Shown here: positions 32,015 to 41,148 of the stretch, piece by piece
Numbering within the stretch: the stretch's first letter is position 1
How the letters are laid out: every line of letters begins with the position of its first letter
NCBI GenBank assembly: GCA_963823555.1
Contig: CAWGMA010000001.1
Location: forward strand, 192,001-256,000
Reading direction: 5' to 3'
Origin: Candidatus Eiseniibacteriota bacterium
Lineage (GTDB): Bacteria > Eisenbacteria > RBG-16-71-46 > CAVPCR01
Length of the DNA: 64,000 nt
Notes under the pieces: model-generated
Database searches by the model: none
Seen by the model: the letters and a program-made list of their open reading frames with translations, nothing else
What the model was told of the DNA's origin: nothing
Translations under genes and position numbers: made by a program

Positions 32015-32059
32015 CCGGGTGGCGAGGAGCGCCGCTGGGGCGCCGAGGAGGGGAGGAGC

Positions 32060-33102
32060 GTGCAGGACTGGATCAAGAGCCTGATGGGAGGCGAGCCGTC
32101 GGTCGCCGTCACGATCATGTTCATGTTCGGGGCTGCTGCTGCAGTGCTCGGTTTCATCGCCGTGCTCGTCATGTTCCTGGCCTGGCTCGAGCGCAAGGTC
32201 GCCGGCCACATGCAGTCGCGCCTGGGGCCGATGCAAGTGGGCGGCTGGCATGGGTGGGCGCAGTCCGTCGCGGACGGGATCAAGCTGTTCCTGAAGGAGG
32301 ACGTGATCCCGGCCTCCGCCGACCACGTCCTGTTCCGCCTGGCTCCCTACCTGGTGTTCGTGAGCTCGTTCGCCGCGTTCGCCGTCATCCCCTGGGGGGA
32401 CGGCTGGTGGCCGCCGACCTGAACATCGGGCTCTTCTACGTGCTCGCCGTCACGTCCTTTGTCGTCGTCGGCATGCTCATGGCCGGCTGGGCCTCGAACA
32501 ACAAGTGGTCGCTCTTCGGGGCCATGCGCGGGGTGGCTCAGATCGTGAGCTACGAGCTGCCGGCCGCGCTGACCCTGGTCGGGATCGTGATGTGGGTCGG
32601 TAGCCTCAACATGCGGGACATCGTGCAGAGTCAATCCGGGTGGTTCTGGAACTGGCATGTGTTCCGCGGCTTCCCCTTCTTCACGATCGGAATCTTCATC
32701 TACTACATCTCGGCGCTGGCCGAGACCAACCGTGTGCCTTTCGACATCCCGGAGGCCGAGTCCGAACTGGTCGCCGGATACCACACCGAGTACTCGGGGA
32801 TGCGGTTCGCCATGTTCTATCTCGCCGAGTACGCCAACATGTTTCTCGTGAGCGCGATCGCCGTGGTCGCGTTCCTGGGCGGCTGGTCCATCGGCATCCC
32901 CGCGCTGGACTTCATCCCTGGCCCCATCGTCTTCGTGGCCAAGGGGCTCATCCTGGTCTTCGTCATGATGTGGTTGCGCTGGACGTTGCCACGGCTCCGC
33001 GTGGACCAGCTCATGGCCATGTGCTGGAAGTACATGATCCCGATCGCCTTCTTCAACCTGGTCGGCATCGGCGTCCTGATGCTGGTCACGGGTCGGGCGT
33101 GA
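32060..33102 (+). pseudogene. nuoH: NADH-quinone oxidoreductase subunit H, frameshifted at G6 run 32394-32399 (probably an assembly error)
   Basis: N-half (ERKVAGHMQSRLGP, ADGIKLFLKE) in ORF 32060-32422. C-half (DLNIG, AETNRVPFDIPEAESELVAGY, RWTLPRLRVDQ) in ORF ending 33102. One extra G restores the frame. Confidence 0.9.
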
Positions 33103-33153
33103 AGGGCCGATGATGCGAACACCGGACAAAGTGCCCCCTAGCGAGTGGCCATC

Positions 33154-33915
33154 ATGAACGCACTGGTCTCCTACTTCAGGAACATCTACGAGGGGATCTG
33201 GACGGTCTTCATCGGCATGCGCGTGACGATGAAGTACCTCAAGTCCCCGGCCATCACTCTCCAGTACCCCAAGGAGCGGATGGTGATGTTCGAGCGGTTC
33301 CGGGGCCTGCTCCACAACCGGATCGAGGATTGCATCGGCTGCGGGCAGTGCGTGCGCGCTTGCCCCGTGGACTGCATCACGATGGTCACCCTCAAGGCCG
33401 GCAAGGACGAGGACCTGGGCACGACTCGGGACGGGCAAGCGAAGAAGCTGCACGTCTACCAGTTCGATATCGACACCTTGAAGTGCATGTGGTGCAACTT
33501 CTGTACCGAGGTCTGTCCCACCGAGTGCCTGCTCATGACCGGGCAGTACGAGGTTTCGAGCTACCAGCGAGACGGCTGGATGCTGCGCTTCGCCATCGAG
33601 GAGCCGCCGCCCGGCTTCGACATGGAGGAGGCTCGTTTGAAGCAGAATCGCATCACGAACCCGGTGTCCTATGCGGGCGAGGCGGATCCCGATAGTCTCG
33701 TCATCCCCGTGGGTTCGGTGCGACCGCTATCGGGTGCGGCCGAGTTCGACTGGCGAAATCATCGCGCGGCGGAAGCGACCAAGTCGGCGAAGCCGCACGG
33801 TGCGGCGGCCAAGCCCGCTGCCGCCAAGCCCGCGGCCGCCGCTCCGGCCGAGGCCAAGGCGGCACCGGTGACGGAGACCACGGACGCCAAGGCGCCGCCG
33901 CCGGCGGAGACCTAG
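33154..33915 (+). CDS. nuoI: NADH-quinone oxidoreductase subunit I with Ala/Lys/Pro-rich tail
   Basis: TLQYPKE, CIGCGQCVRACP and CMWCNFCTEVCP 4Fe-4S motifs. Confidence 0.93.
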   Translation: MNALVSYFRNIYEGIWTVFIGMRVTMKYLKSPAITLQYPKERMVMFERFRGLLHNRIEDCIGCGQCVRACPVDCITMVTLKAGKDEDLGTTRDGQAKKLHVYQFDIDTLKCMWCNFCTEVCPTECLLMTGQYEVSSYQRDGWMLRFAIEEPPPGFDMEEARLKQNRITNPVSYAGEADPDSLVIPVGSVRPLSGAAEFDWRNHRAAEATKSAKPHGAAAKPAAAKPAAAAPAEAKAAPVTETTDAKAPPPAET

Positions 33916-33979
33916 GGACTCAAGAGGCGGAGTGTGCTGGTCCGGTCGGCGGCCGGAGCAGCCCTCCGAGGGGGGGAGT

Positions 33980-34489
33980 GTGGACGCGGACTTCTTCTAT
34001 CGAGCCATCTTCGTCGTCATGGTCGCGGTGACTCTCGGCTCGGCGCTCATCGTCGTCACAGCGCGCAATCTCGTCCGCTCCGCCTTTGCGCTCCTGTTCA
34101 CCCTCGGCGGCGTGGCCGGGCTCTACGTCTACCTGGCCGCCGACTTCCTGGCCGCAACGCAGATCATCGTCTACGTGGGCGGCATCCTGGTCCTGATCCT
34201 CTTCGGAGTGATGCTGACGAGCAAGATCGCCTCCGTCGAGCTCTACCAGGGCAGCGCGCGCGTGGGACGATCGGTGCTGCTCTTTGGCGGCCTCCTGTTC
34301 ATTCTCTTCTCGGTCATCTTCAACACCGAGTGGCGGCTCCGCGGGCAGCCGGAGATGGAGCCCACGACTCGCGAGATAGGCCGCCTGTTCATGACCGATT
34401 TCCTGCTTCCATTCGAGGTCGTCTCGATCCTCCTCTTGGCTGCGCTCATCGGTGCTGTTCTCATCGCCCGCCGGGAGGTGCGCAAGTGA
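33980..34489 (+). CDS. nuoJ: NADH-quinone oxidoreductase subunit J
   Basis: QIIVYVGGILVLILFGVML, LLPFEVVSILLLAALIGA. Confidence 0.95.
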   Translation: MDADFFYRAIFVVMVAVTLGSALIVVTARNLVRSAFALLFTLGGVAGLYVYLAADFLAATQIIVYVGGILVLILFGVMLTSKIASVELYQGSARVGRSVLLFGGLLFILFSVIFNTEWRLRGQPEMEPTTREIGRLFMTDFLLPFEVVSILLLAALIGAVLIARREVRK

Positions 34490-34806
34490 ACCTCTTCGAT
34501 CCGACGAGTCTCACCGCATACCTGACCATCTCGGCGGTGCTGTTTTGTCTCGGCACCTATGCCATCGTCAGCCGCCGCAATGCCGTCTCCGTGCTCATGG
34601 GCATCGAGCTGGTGCTCAATGCCGCCAACGTGAACTTTGTCGCCTTCTCGCGCTTCTCGGCCGACGATCTGCGCGGGCAGCTGTTCGCCATCTTCGTCAT
34701 CATTCTGGCCGCCGCCGAGGCGGCGGTCGCGCTCGCGATCATCCTCGCGATCTACCACAACTTCCAGACGATCGATGTCAATGAGATCGACTCCTTGCGG
34801 GACTAG
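34486..34806 (+). CDS. nuoK: NADH-quinone oxidoreductase subunit K
   Basis: RRNAVSVLMGIELVLNAAN, AAAEAAVALAI. GTG overlaps the nuoJ stop. Confidence 0.95.
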   Translation: MNLFDPTSLTAYLTISAVLFCLGTYAIVSRRNAVSVLMGIELVLNAANVNFVAFSRFSADDLRGQLFAIFVIILAAAEAAVALAIILAIYHNFQTIDVNEIDSLRD

Positions 34807-34821
34807 AAGGGAGGGGGGACG

Positions 34822-36924
34822 GTGCTGCGCGATCTCGGCCTGATCCTACTGCTGCCGCTCGCCGCCTTCGTGATCCAGCTGGCGGTCGGACGCCGCCTGC
34901 CGCGCCACGGCGACTTCATCTCGATCGGCGCCATCTTCGTCGGGCTCTTCCTTGCGGTCCGACTCTTCGCCACGACCATCCTCGGCGACGGTGGCACGCT
35001 CCTGCCCTTTGCCTGGGACGTGGAGTACATCCGCCTCGGCGCCTTCGTGATCCGGATGGGGATGTGGGTCGATCAGCTCACCGTTTGCATGCTCGTCGTG
35101 GTCACCCTGGTGAGCTCCATGGTGCATCTCTATTCGGCTGGCTATATGCACGGCGATCCCCGTTATACGCGCTACTTCGCTTATCTTTCGCTGTTCTCGT
35201 TCTCGATGCTGGGGTTGGTGCTAGCCAACAGCCTGATCGCGCTCTATGTCTTCTGGGAACTCGTCGGTCTCACCTCATACCTCTTGATCGGGTTCTGGTT
35301 CGAGAAGCACTCGGCCTCGGATGCCGGCAAGAAGGCATTCTTGACCACGCGCATCGGTGATGTCGGCATGTTCATCGGCATCATGATCGTGGGCTGGAAG
35401 ATCGGGGATTTCAGCTATCAGGGGGTCTTCACCGGAATCGCCAACGGCGAGATTGCCGGCCCCCTCTTGACCCTGTGCGGCGTGGCCCTGTTCATGGGGG
35501 CGGTGGGCAAGTCGGCGCAGGTACCGCTCCATGTCTGGTTGCCCGACGCCATGGAGGGTCCGACCCCGGTCTCGGCCTTGATCCATGCCGCGACGATGGT
35601 GGCGGCCGGCGTCTACATGGTAGGCCGGCTGTATCCGGTGTTCGATGTTGGGGCCCTGTGGGTGATCGCGGTCATCGGGGCCGTCACCGCCATCATCGCG
35701 GCGACCATCGCCATCACGGCCACCGACATCAAGAAGGTGCTCGCCTATTCCACGATCAGCCAGCTCGGCTACATGATGACCGGACTCGGGGTCGGCGCCT
35801 TCGCCGCCGGACTCTATCACCTGTGGACGCACGCCTTCTTCAAGGCCTTGCTCTTCCTCGGCGCAGGAAGCGTGATCCACGCCGTGCATAGCCAGGAATT
35901 ACCAGAGATGGGCGGACTCAAGAAGAAGATGCCCATCACGTTCATCACCATGCTCATCGCCACCCTGGCCATCTCCGGCGTGCCGGGCTTCTCCGGCTTC
36001 TTCTCCAAGGACGCGATCCTCGCCGGGAGCCTTGCCTTCGGGCTGGCCTACGGCGGCATTCGTTACCTGCCTTTCCTCCTTTTGCTGGTCGCCGCCGGCA
36101 TCACCGCCTTCTACATGTTCCGGCTTATCTTTCTCACATTCACCGGCAAGCCCCGCGACCGCCACAAGTTCGAGCACGCGCATGAATCGCCGCCCGTGAT
36201 GACGGTACCGCTCATCGTGCTGGCGCTGATGAGCGTGTTCTCGGTCGGGATTCCGTTCGTCACGGATCACTGGTTCGCGGGTCAGGTCCAGATGCCGGTG
36301 CTCGCGGATTATGTCGCCGGGGAGGTTGCCGTCGCCGGTGAGCACGGGGCTGTGAGCGAGCACGAAGCAGCCGGAGGGCACGGTGTCGCCGCCGAGCATG
36401 GGACGGCAGGCGGGCACGGCGGCGGGCGCCACGGGGTCCTGGCCGTCACGGCGGAGCAGGAACACGCGGCCCATTACCCGGCGATGGCTGCCTCGATTCT
36501 CATCGCCGGCCTCGGCATCCTGCTTTCCTATCTCACCTACAGCCGCGGCGTGATCTCGGCCGCGGCGTGGGCGGACCGCTTGCGTCCGCTCTACGTGTTG
36601 TTCAAGAACAAGTGGTTCTTCGATGAGATCTACCAGGTCTTGATCGTACGTACGGTGCTCCTGATCGCGGCCCTGGCGCGTCTCTTCGATATCTACGTGA
36701 TCGACGCCATGGTCAACGGCGCCGGCAAGCTCTGCGCGCGGCTCGCCTGGTTCATCGGCGGGGTCGACCTCTTCGGTGTCGACGGCCTGGTCAACGGACT
36801 GGCGCAGTCAGTGATCGGCTTCGGTCGCGCCGCGCGTCACGTGCAGACCGGGCGGCTGCAGAACTACGTGTACGGATTCATGGGGATCCTTCTCCTCATC
36901 GTCTTGGCGAAGATGTTCTTGTAG
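34822..36924 (+). CDS. nuoL: NADH-quinone oxidoreductase subunit L
   Basis: GKSAQVPLHVWLPDAMEGPTPVSALIHAATMV, DIKKVLAYSTISQLGY, HAFFKALLFL. Confidence 0.97.
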   Translation: MLRDLGLILLLPLAAFVIQLAVGRRLPRHGDFISIGAIFVGLFLAVRLFATTILGDGGTLLPFAWDVEYIRLGAFVIRMGMWVDQLTVCMLVVVTLVSSMVHLYSAGYMHGDPRYTRYFAYLSLFSFSMLGLVLANSLIALYVFWELVGLTSYLLIGFWFEKHSASDAGKKAFLTTRIGDVGMFIGIMIVGWKIGDFSYQGVFTGIANGEIAGPLLTLCGVALFMGAVGKSAQVPLHVWLPDAMEGPTPVSALIHAATMVAAGVYMVGRLYPVFDVGALWVIAVIGAVTAIIAATIAITATDIKKVLAYSTISQLGYMMTGLGVGAFAAGLYHLWTHAFFKALLFLGAGSVIHAVHSQELPEMGGLKKKMPITFITMLIATLAISGVPGFSGFFSKDAILAGSLAFGLAYGGIRYLPFLLLLVAAGITAFYMFRLIFLTFTGKPRDRHKFEHAHESPPVMTVPLIVLALMSVFSVGIPFVTDHWFAGQVQMPVLADYVAGEVAVAGEHGAVSEHEAAGGHGVAAEHGTAGGHGGGRHGVLAVTAEQEHAAHYPAMAASILIAGLGILLSYLTYSRGVISAAAWADRLRPLYVLFKNKWFFDEIYQVLIVRTVLLIAALARLFDIYVIDAMVNGAGKLCARLAWFIGGVDLFGVDGLVNGLAQSVIGFGRAARHVQTGRLQNYVYGFMGILLLIVLAKMFL

Positions 36925-36987
36925 ACGGCTGGTGGCGGAGGTCCGACCGGGCGGTGGCGCGGTCGGGCCAGGGAGGACATTCGAGGT

Positions 36988-38457
36988 ATGCCAGGCATGG
37001 ACTCGCACCTGCTCACACTCATCACCTTCATTCCCCTCCTGGGGACGGCGGTCGTTCTCCTGCTCCGGGGCAATACCCTGATCAAGGTCACGTCCGCCAT
37101 CTTCGCCGGGATTCCGCTCGCCCTCTCCATCCGGCTCCTCCGTCTCTACAACCCGGGAACGGCGGAATTCCAGTTCATCGAGCGCGGAGCGTGGATCCCT
37201 TCGTTCTCGATCGAATACTTCATGGGGGTGGACGGGCTCGGCGTCACCATGGTGCTCCTGACGAGCCTTCTCTCCTTCATCTGCATCTTCGCCTCATGGG
37301 GGATCAATCGGGGAGTCAAAGGCTACTTCTCACTCTTCCTGCTCCTGCAGACCGGCATGACCGGGGTCTTCTGTGCGCTCGATTTCATCCTCTTCTATGT
37401 CTTCTGGGAGGTGATGCTCCTCCCCATGTACTTCCTGATCGGGGTCTGGGGTGGACCGCGGCGCGAGTATGCCGCGATCAAGTTCTTCCTCTACACGCTC
37501 TTTGGCTCGGTGTTCATGCTGCTGGCCATTCTCGCCCTCTACTTCACCTCCGAGCCGCACACCTTCAGCATGATGCAGTTGTTCGGAGCCGATCGTACGT
37601 TCGGGTATCTCTTCCGGACCCTGGTCTGGCTCGGCTTCTTTGTCGCCTTTGCCATCAAGGTGCCCATCTTCCCGTTCCACACCTGGCTTCCCGATGCGCA
37701 CGTCGAGGCGCCGACGGCCATCTCGGTGATCCTGGCCGGCGTGCTGCTCAAGATGGGGGTCTACGGCATCTTCCGCGTCAACTTCGCCATCCTGCCACAG
37801 GCCACCACCGACGCCGCCTACTGGATGGCCGTTCTCGGCATGATCAACATCATCTACGGGGCGTTCTGCGCCATGGCGCAGAAGGATCTGAAAAAGCTCG
37901 TCGCCTACTCCTCGGTCAGCCACATGGGGTTCTGCCTCCTGGGTATGGCGAGCTTCACCCCCCAGGGCGTCAACGGCGCGGTGATGCAGATGTTCAACCA
38001 CGGCATCATCACCGGAATGCTCTTCCTCCTGGTGGGGGTGATCTACGATCGAGCGCATCATCGCGAGATCGAGGGGTTCGGGGGCCTCATGGTGCGGATG
38101 CCCATCTACGCCGGCATTACTTCCCTGGCGTTCTTCGCCTCGCTCGGGTTGCCCGGACTCGCCGGATTCTGGGGGGAGGCCCTGGTCTTCCTCGGCGCCT
38201 TCAATGTCTACAAGATCATCACGATCGCCTCGACGCTGGGCATCGTGCTCGGCGCGGCCTACCTGTTGTGGACGCTGCAGCGCATGTTCCTGGGACCGCT
38301 GAACGAGAAATACAAGGACTTGCCGGAGATCAATGGCCGGGAGCTCTTCACGCTGGTGCCGCTGGGAGCGATCACGGTGGTGATCGGCATCTGGCCGACC
38401 TGGTTGATCGAGCTCTTCCGGGTGACGATGGCCGGGATCACGAGCTACTTGCCGTAG
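36988..38457 (+). CDS. nuoM: NADH-quinone oxidoreductase subunit M
   Basis: FWEVMLLPMYFLIGVWG, KVPIFPFHTWLPDAHVEAP, AYSSVSHMG. Confidence 0.97.
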   Translation: MPGMDSHLLTLITFIPLLGTAVVLLLRGNTLIKVTSAIFAGIPLALSIRLLRLYNPGTAEFQFIERGAWIPSFSIEYFMGVDGLGVTMVLLTSLLSFICIFASWGINRGVKGYFSLFLLLQTGMTGVFCALDFILFYVFWEVMLLPMYFLIGVWGGPRREYAAIKFFLYTLFGSVFMLLAILALYFTSEPHTFSMMQLFGADRTFGYLFRTLVWLGFFVAFAIKVPIFPFHTWLPDAHVEAPTAISVILAGVLLKMGVYGIFRVNFAILPQATTDAAYWMAVLGMINIIYGAFCAMAQKDLKKLVAYSSVSHMGFCLLGMASFTPQGVNGAVMQMFNHGIITGMLFLLVGVIYDRAHHREIEGFGGLMVRMPIYAGITSLAFFASLGLPGLAGFWGEALVFLGAFNVYKIITIASTLGIVLGAAYLLWTLQRMFLGPLNEKYKDLPEINGRELFTLVPLGAITVVIGIWPTWLIELFRVTMAGITSYLP

Positions 38458-38547
38458 CTCTCTGAAGAAGCCGCGGGGACGCGCCGGCAGAGTGCCGGCG
38501 ACGCCCGGGCGGCGGGGCGGTGGACTCCTCAAGACAGTGAGCTGACC

Positions 38548-40029
38548 ATGCAGTCGATCAGCAACATCGAGAGCCTGCGCTACTTCATGCCGGAGCTGGT
38601 GCTGACCGGAGCACTGCTCCTGGTCGTCGTCGCCGATCTCATCGCGCGCGGGCGAGGCAAGGTCCTGACCGCGATCTTGACCCTGGGATCCCTGGGCGTT
38701 GCGACCGGATATGCGCTCGATCTCTACAGTGCTGGCAGCGCGCTCCTCTTCACCGATATGATCGCCATCGATCCGCTGGCGGTCTATTTCAAGCTCATCT
38801 TCTACGTATCCACCGCCCTGGTCCTTCTATTCGCCTATTTCTCTCCCGATATGCGCCAGGCCGAGATGGGAGAGTTTGCGTCCCTTCTCCTCGCAGTGAC
38901 CATCGGCCTCTCGCTCATGGCTTCGGCCGTGGACATGCTGATGATGGCCATCGCGCTCGAGCTCGTGAGCGTGCCCTGCTTCATCATGGCCGGCTTCCTG
39001 AAACGGAACCGGCGCTCGAGCGAGGCGGCGCTCAAGTACGTGATCTACGGCGCCGCCTCCACCGGCGTGATGATCTACGGAATGTCCATCCTGTTCGGGC
39101 TCACCGGGGCGACGAACATCTTCCGGGTGGCCGAGGGGCTGCAAGCGCAGCCGGTGTATCCACTGGCCACTCTGGTGGCGATCGGATTCATCCTCGCCGG
39201 ACTCGGGTACAAGATATCGAGCGTGCCCTTCCATTTCTGGACGCCCGATGTTTACGAAGGGGCTCCGACCCCGGTGACGGCTTTCCTGTCCGTGGGCCCC
39301 AAGGCCGCCGGCTTCGCCATGATGGTGCGCTTCTTCTACTCCGGCCTGTCCCGGATGTCTGCCGGTGGTAAGTGGGTGCCGGTGGCCGGGCTCGACTGGC
39401 CGGCGCTCCTTGCGGCGCTGGCGGCGGCCACCATGACCTTCGGTAACCTGGCTGCCATTCCTCAGAACAACCTGAAGCGCCTCTTGGCGTACTCGACCAT
39501 CGCGCACGCCGGATACATGTTGATGGGGTTCGTGGTCCTCTCCAATCAGGGCGTGCTTGCCGTCATGTTCTATCTGGGCGTCTACCTGCTCATGAACCTG
39601 GGCGCCTTCCTCGTCGTGATCACCGTGGCCAAGCTCGCCCGGGGGGAGGAGATCGCCCACTACCGCGGGCTCGTCTGGCGCTCCCCATTCCTGGCGGTAG
39701 CGATGGGCATCTTCCTGTTCTCGCTCATCGGGTTGCCGCCGAGCGCGGGCTTCATTGGCAAGCTCTACCTCTTCGCTGCGGTCATCAGCGAGAAGTACTA
39801 CTGGCTGGCGGTGGTCGGCGTCCTCAACTCCGTGGTCTCGCTCTACTACTACGCCCGTGTCCTCAAGGCCATATTCCTCGAGGGGGCGGAAGACGCCCGC
39901 GCGTTGCCGGTCCCCGTCCCGGCGCTCGCTCTCCTCATCGTGCTGGCCGTTCCCACCGTCGCCCTGGGCGTGTGGTGGACCCCGCTCTGGAACCTCGCCT
40001 CGCGCTCGCTGGGGTTCATCGCCCCCTGA
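38548..40029 (+). CDS. nuoN: NADH-quinone oxidoreductase subunit N
   Basis: SEAALKY, VPFHFWTPDVYEGAPTPV, KRLLAYSTIAHAGY. Confidence 0.97.
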   Translation: MQSISNIESLRYFMPELVLTGALLLVVVADLIARGRGKVLTAILTLGSLGVATGYALDLYSAGSALLFTDMIAIDPLAVYFKLIFYVSTALVLLFAYFSPDMRQAEMGEFASLLLAVTIGLSLMASAVDMLMMAIALELVSVPCFIMAGFLKRNRRSSEAALKYVIYGAASTGVMIYGMSILFGLTGATNIFRVAEGLQAQPVYPLATLVAIGFILAGLGYKISSVPFHFWTPDVYEGAPTPVTAFLSVGPKAAGFAMMVRFFYSGLSRMSAGGKWVPVAGLDWPALLAALAAATMTFGNLAAIPQNNLKRLLAYSTIAHAGYMLMGFVVLSNQGVLAVMFYLGVYLLMNLGAFLVVITVAKLARGEEIAHYRGLVWRSPFLAVAMGIFLFSLIGLPPSAGFIGKLYLFAAVISEKYYWLAVVGVLNSVVSLYYYARVLKAIFLEGAEDARALPVPVPALALLIVLAVPTVALGVWWTPLWNLASRSLGFIAP

Positions 40030-40209
40030 GGACGAGTCACTCCCCGCCACCAGCTGAGCGCCGGCCCCCGCTGGGGGGCGCGCGCGTCCGGTCCGGACTC
40101 CACTCACCGCTCCCCTGGTCGTCGACCCGCCGGCCGGGAAGAGGCGGTGGGAAACCTCGCTCCCGGATCGGGTGTCTAAAGGGAGACCCGCCCTCCAGAA
40201 AGGGGTCCC

Positions 40210-40926
40210 GTGCATCTCACGAATCCGCTGTCCCGAGCGGCCATCTCGATGGGCATGATCGCCCTCGGCCGCGGCCGGGGAGCCACACCTCGCCCGATCT
40301 GGATCCTGGCCCCGGCCTTGGTCCTGGCCTTGGTGGCCCCGTTCCCTCGCGCCCGGGCGCAAGGACAATGGATGGATATCGGGTCCGGGCAGAGCTACAC
40401 GATCTCCGTCGAGAACGAGCCTCAGAGCCTGCAACGCTTTGCCCCCTTTGCCTTTGGTGGGTTCGGCCCGGGCAACTACGTCTACTCTGAACTCCTTCCC
40501 TGGCCCTGCAGCGAGCTGCCGGCGCCGACCTTCTGCGGCGGCTCGACGTTTGTTCGGGCCTTCCATGCCTATCTCGACACAGGTACCTGCCCCTGCACCG
40601 GGGTGCTGTTCGAGCCCGTCGAACTCGAGCTTCGCTACGATGCGGCTCGCGTGGCGGCCATGGGCGCCCGGGAGGAGGATCTGAAGCTGGCCATGTATGA
40701 TGTGGATGCGCTCGGTTGGGTCGATCTGCCCAGTCAGCAGGTACTCCCGGACCGCGATTTGATCCTCGGCAGTCAGTCCGGGCACGGCCGTCAGTACTAC
40801 GCCATCCTGGTCCGACCGCCGGAGACGTCCACCTGGGGCCGCATCAAGGCCCAGTGGGCCGGGTCCCGCCGGACCACGGGCGGAGGGGAACCGATTTCCG
40901 GGAAAGAACTTGGGGACGCAAACTAA
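40210..40926 (+). CDS. Exported protein with TWGxIK motif near the C-terminus (start uncertain)
   Basis: Signal-peptide-like WILAPALVLALVAPFPRARA, beta-rich mature region with 4 Cys, ETSTWGRIKAQW. Confidence 0.7.
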   Translation: MHLTNPLSRAAISMGMIALGRGRGATPRPIWILAPALVLALVAPFPRARAQGQWMDIGSGQSYTISVENEPQSLQRFAPFAFGGFGPGNYVYSELLPWPCSELPAPTFCGGSTFVRAFHAYLDTGTCPCTGVLFEPVELELRYDAARVAAMGAREEDLKLAMYDVDALGWVDLPSQQVLPDRDLILGSQSGHGRQYYAILVRPPETSTWGRIKAQWAGSRRTTGGGEPISGKELGDAN

Positions 40927-41148
40927 GAAGGATCGATCCGTGTTCTACCGATTGAAGGTAAAGGCCGGCCTGGCGCCCGGGGGCGGTCCACGGCTTGTCG
41001 TCTTCAGTTCACTGACTCGCCGGGCCGGGATCGCCGTCCATGCGAAAAATGAGGTCTGGTAGACTGGGGTTGAGTCGGCTGCGGTTTGGTGGGCCACGCA
41101 CGGTGCCCGGCCTGGGGCCCGCCTGGCATCGCCCTGGAATCTCTAGCA

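Noticed and set aside
38827..40785. Long antisense ORFs (652 aa here; also 25419-27542, 30818-32326, 56235-57800)
   Set aside because: They lie opposite well-supported genes, have no motifs, and are expected from high-GC codon bias.
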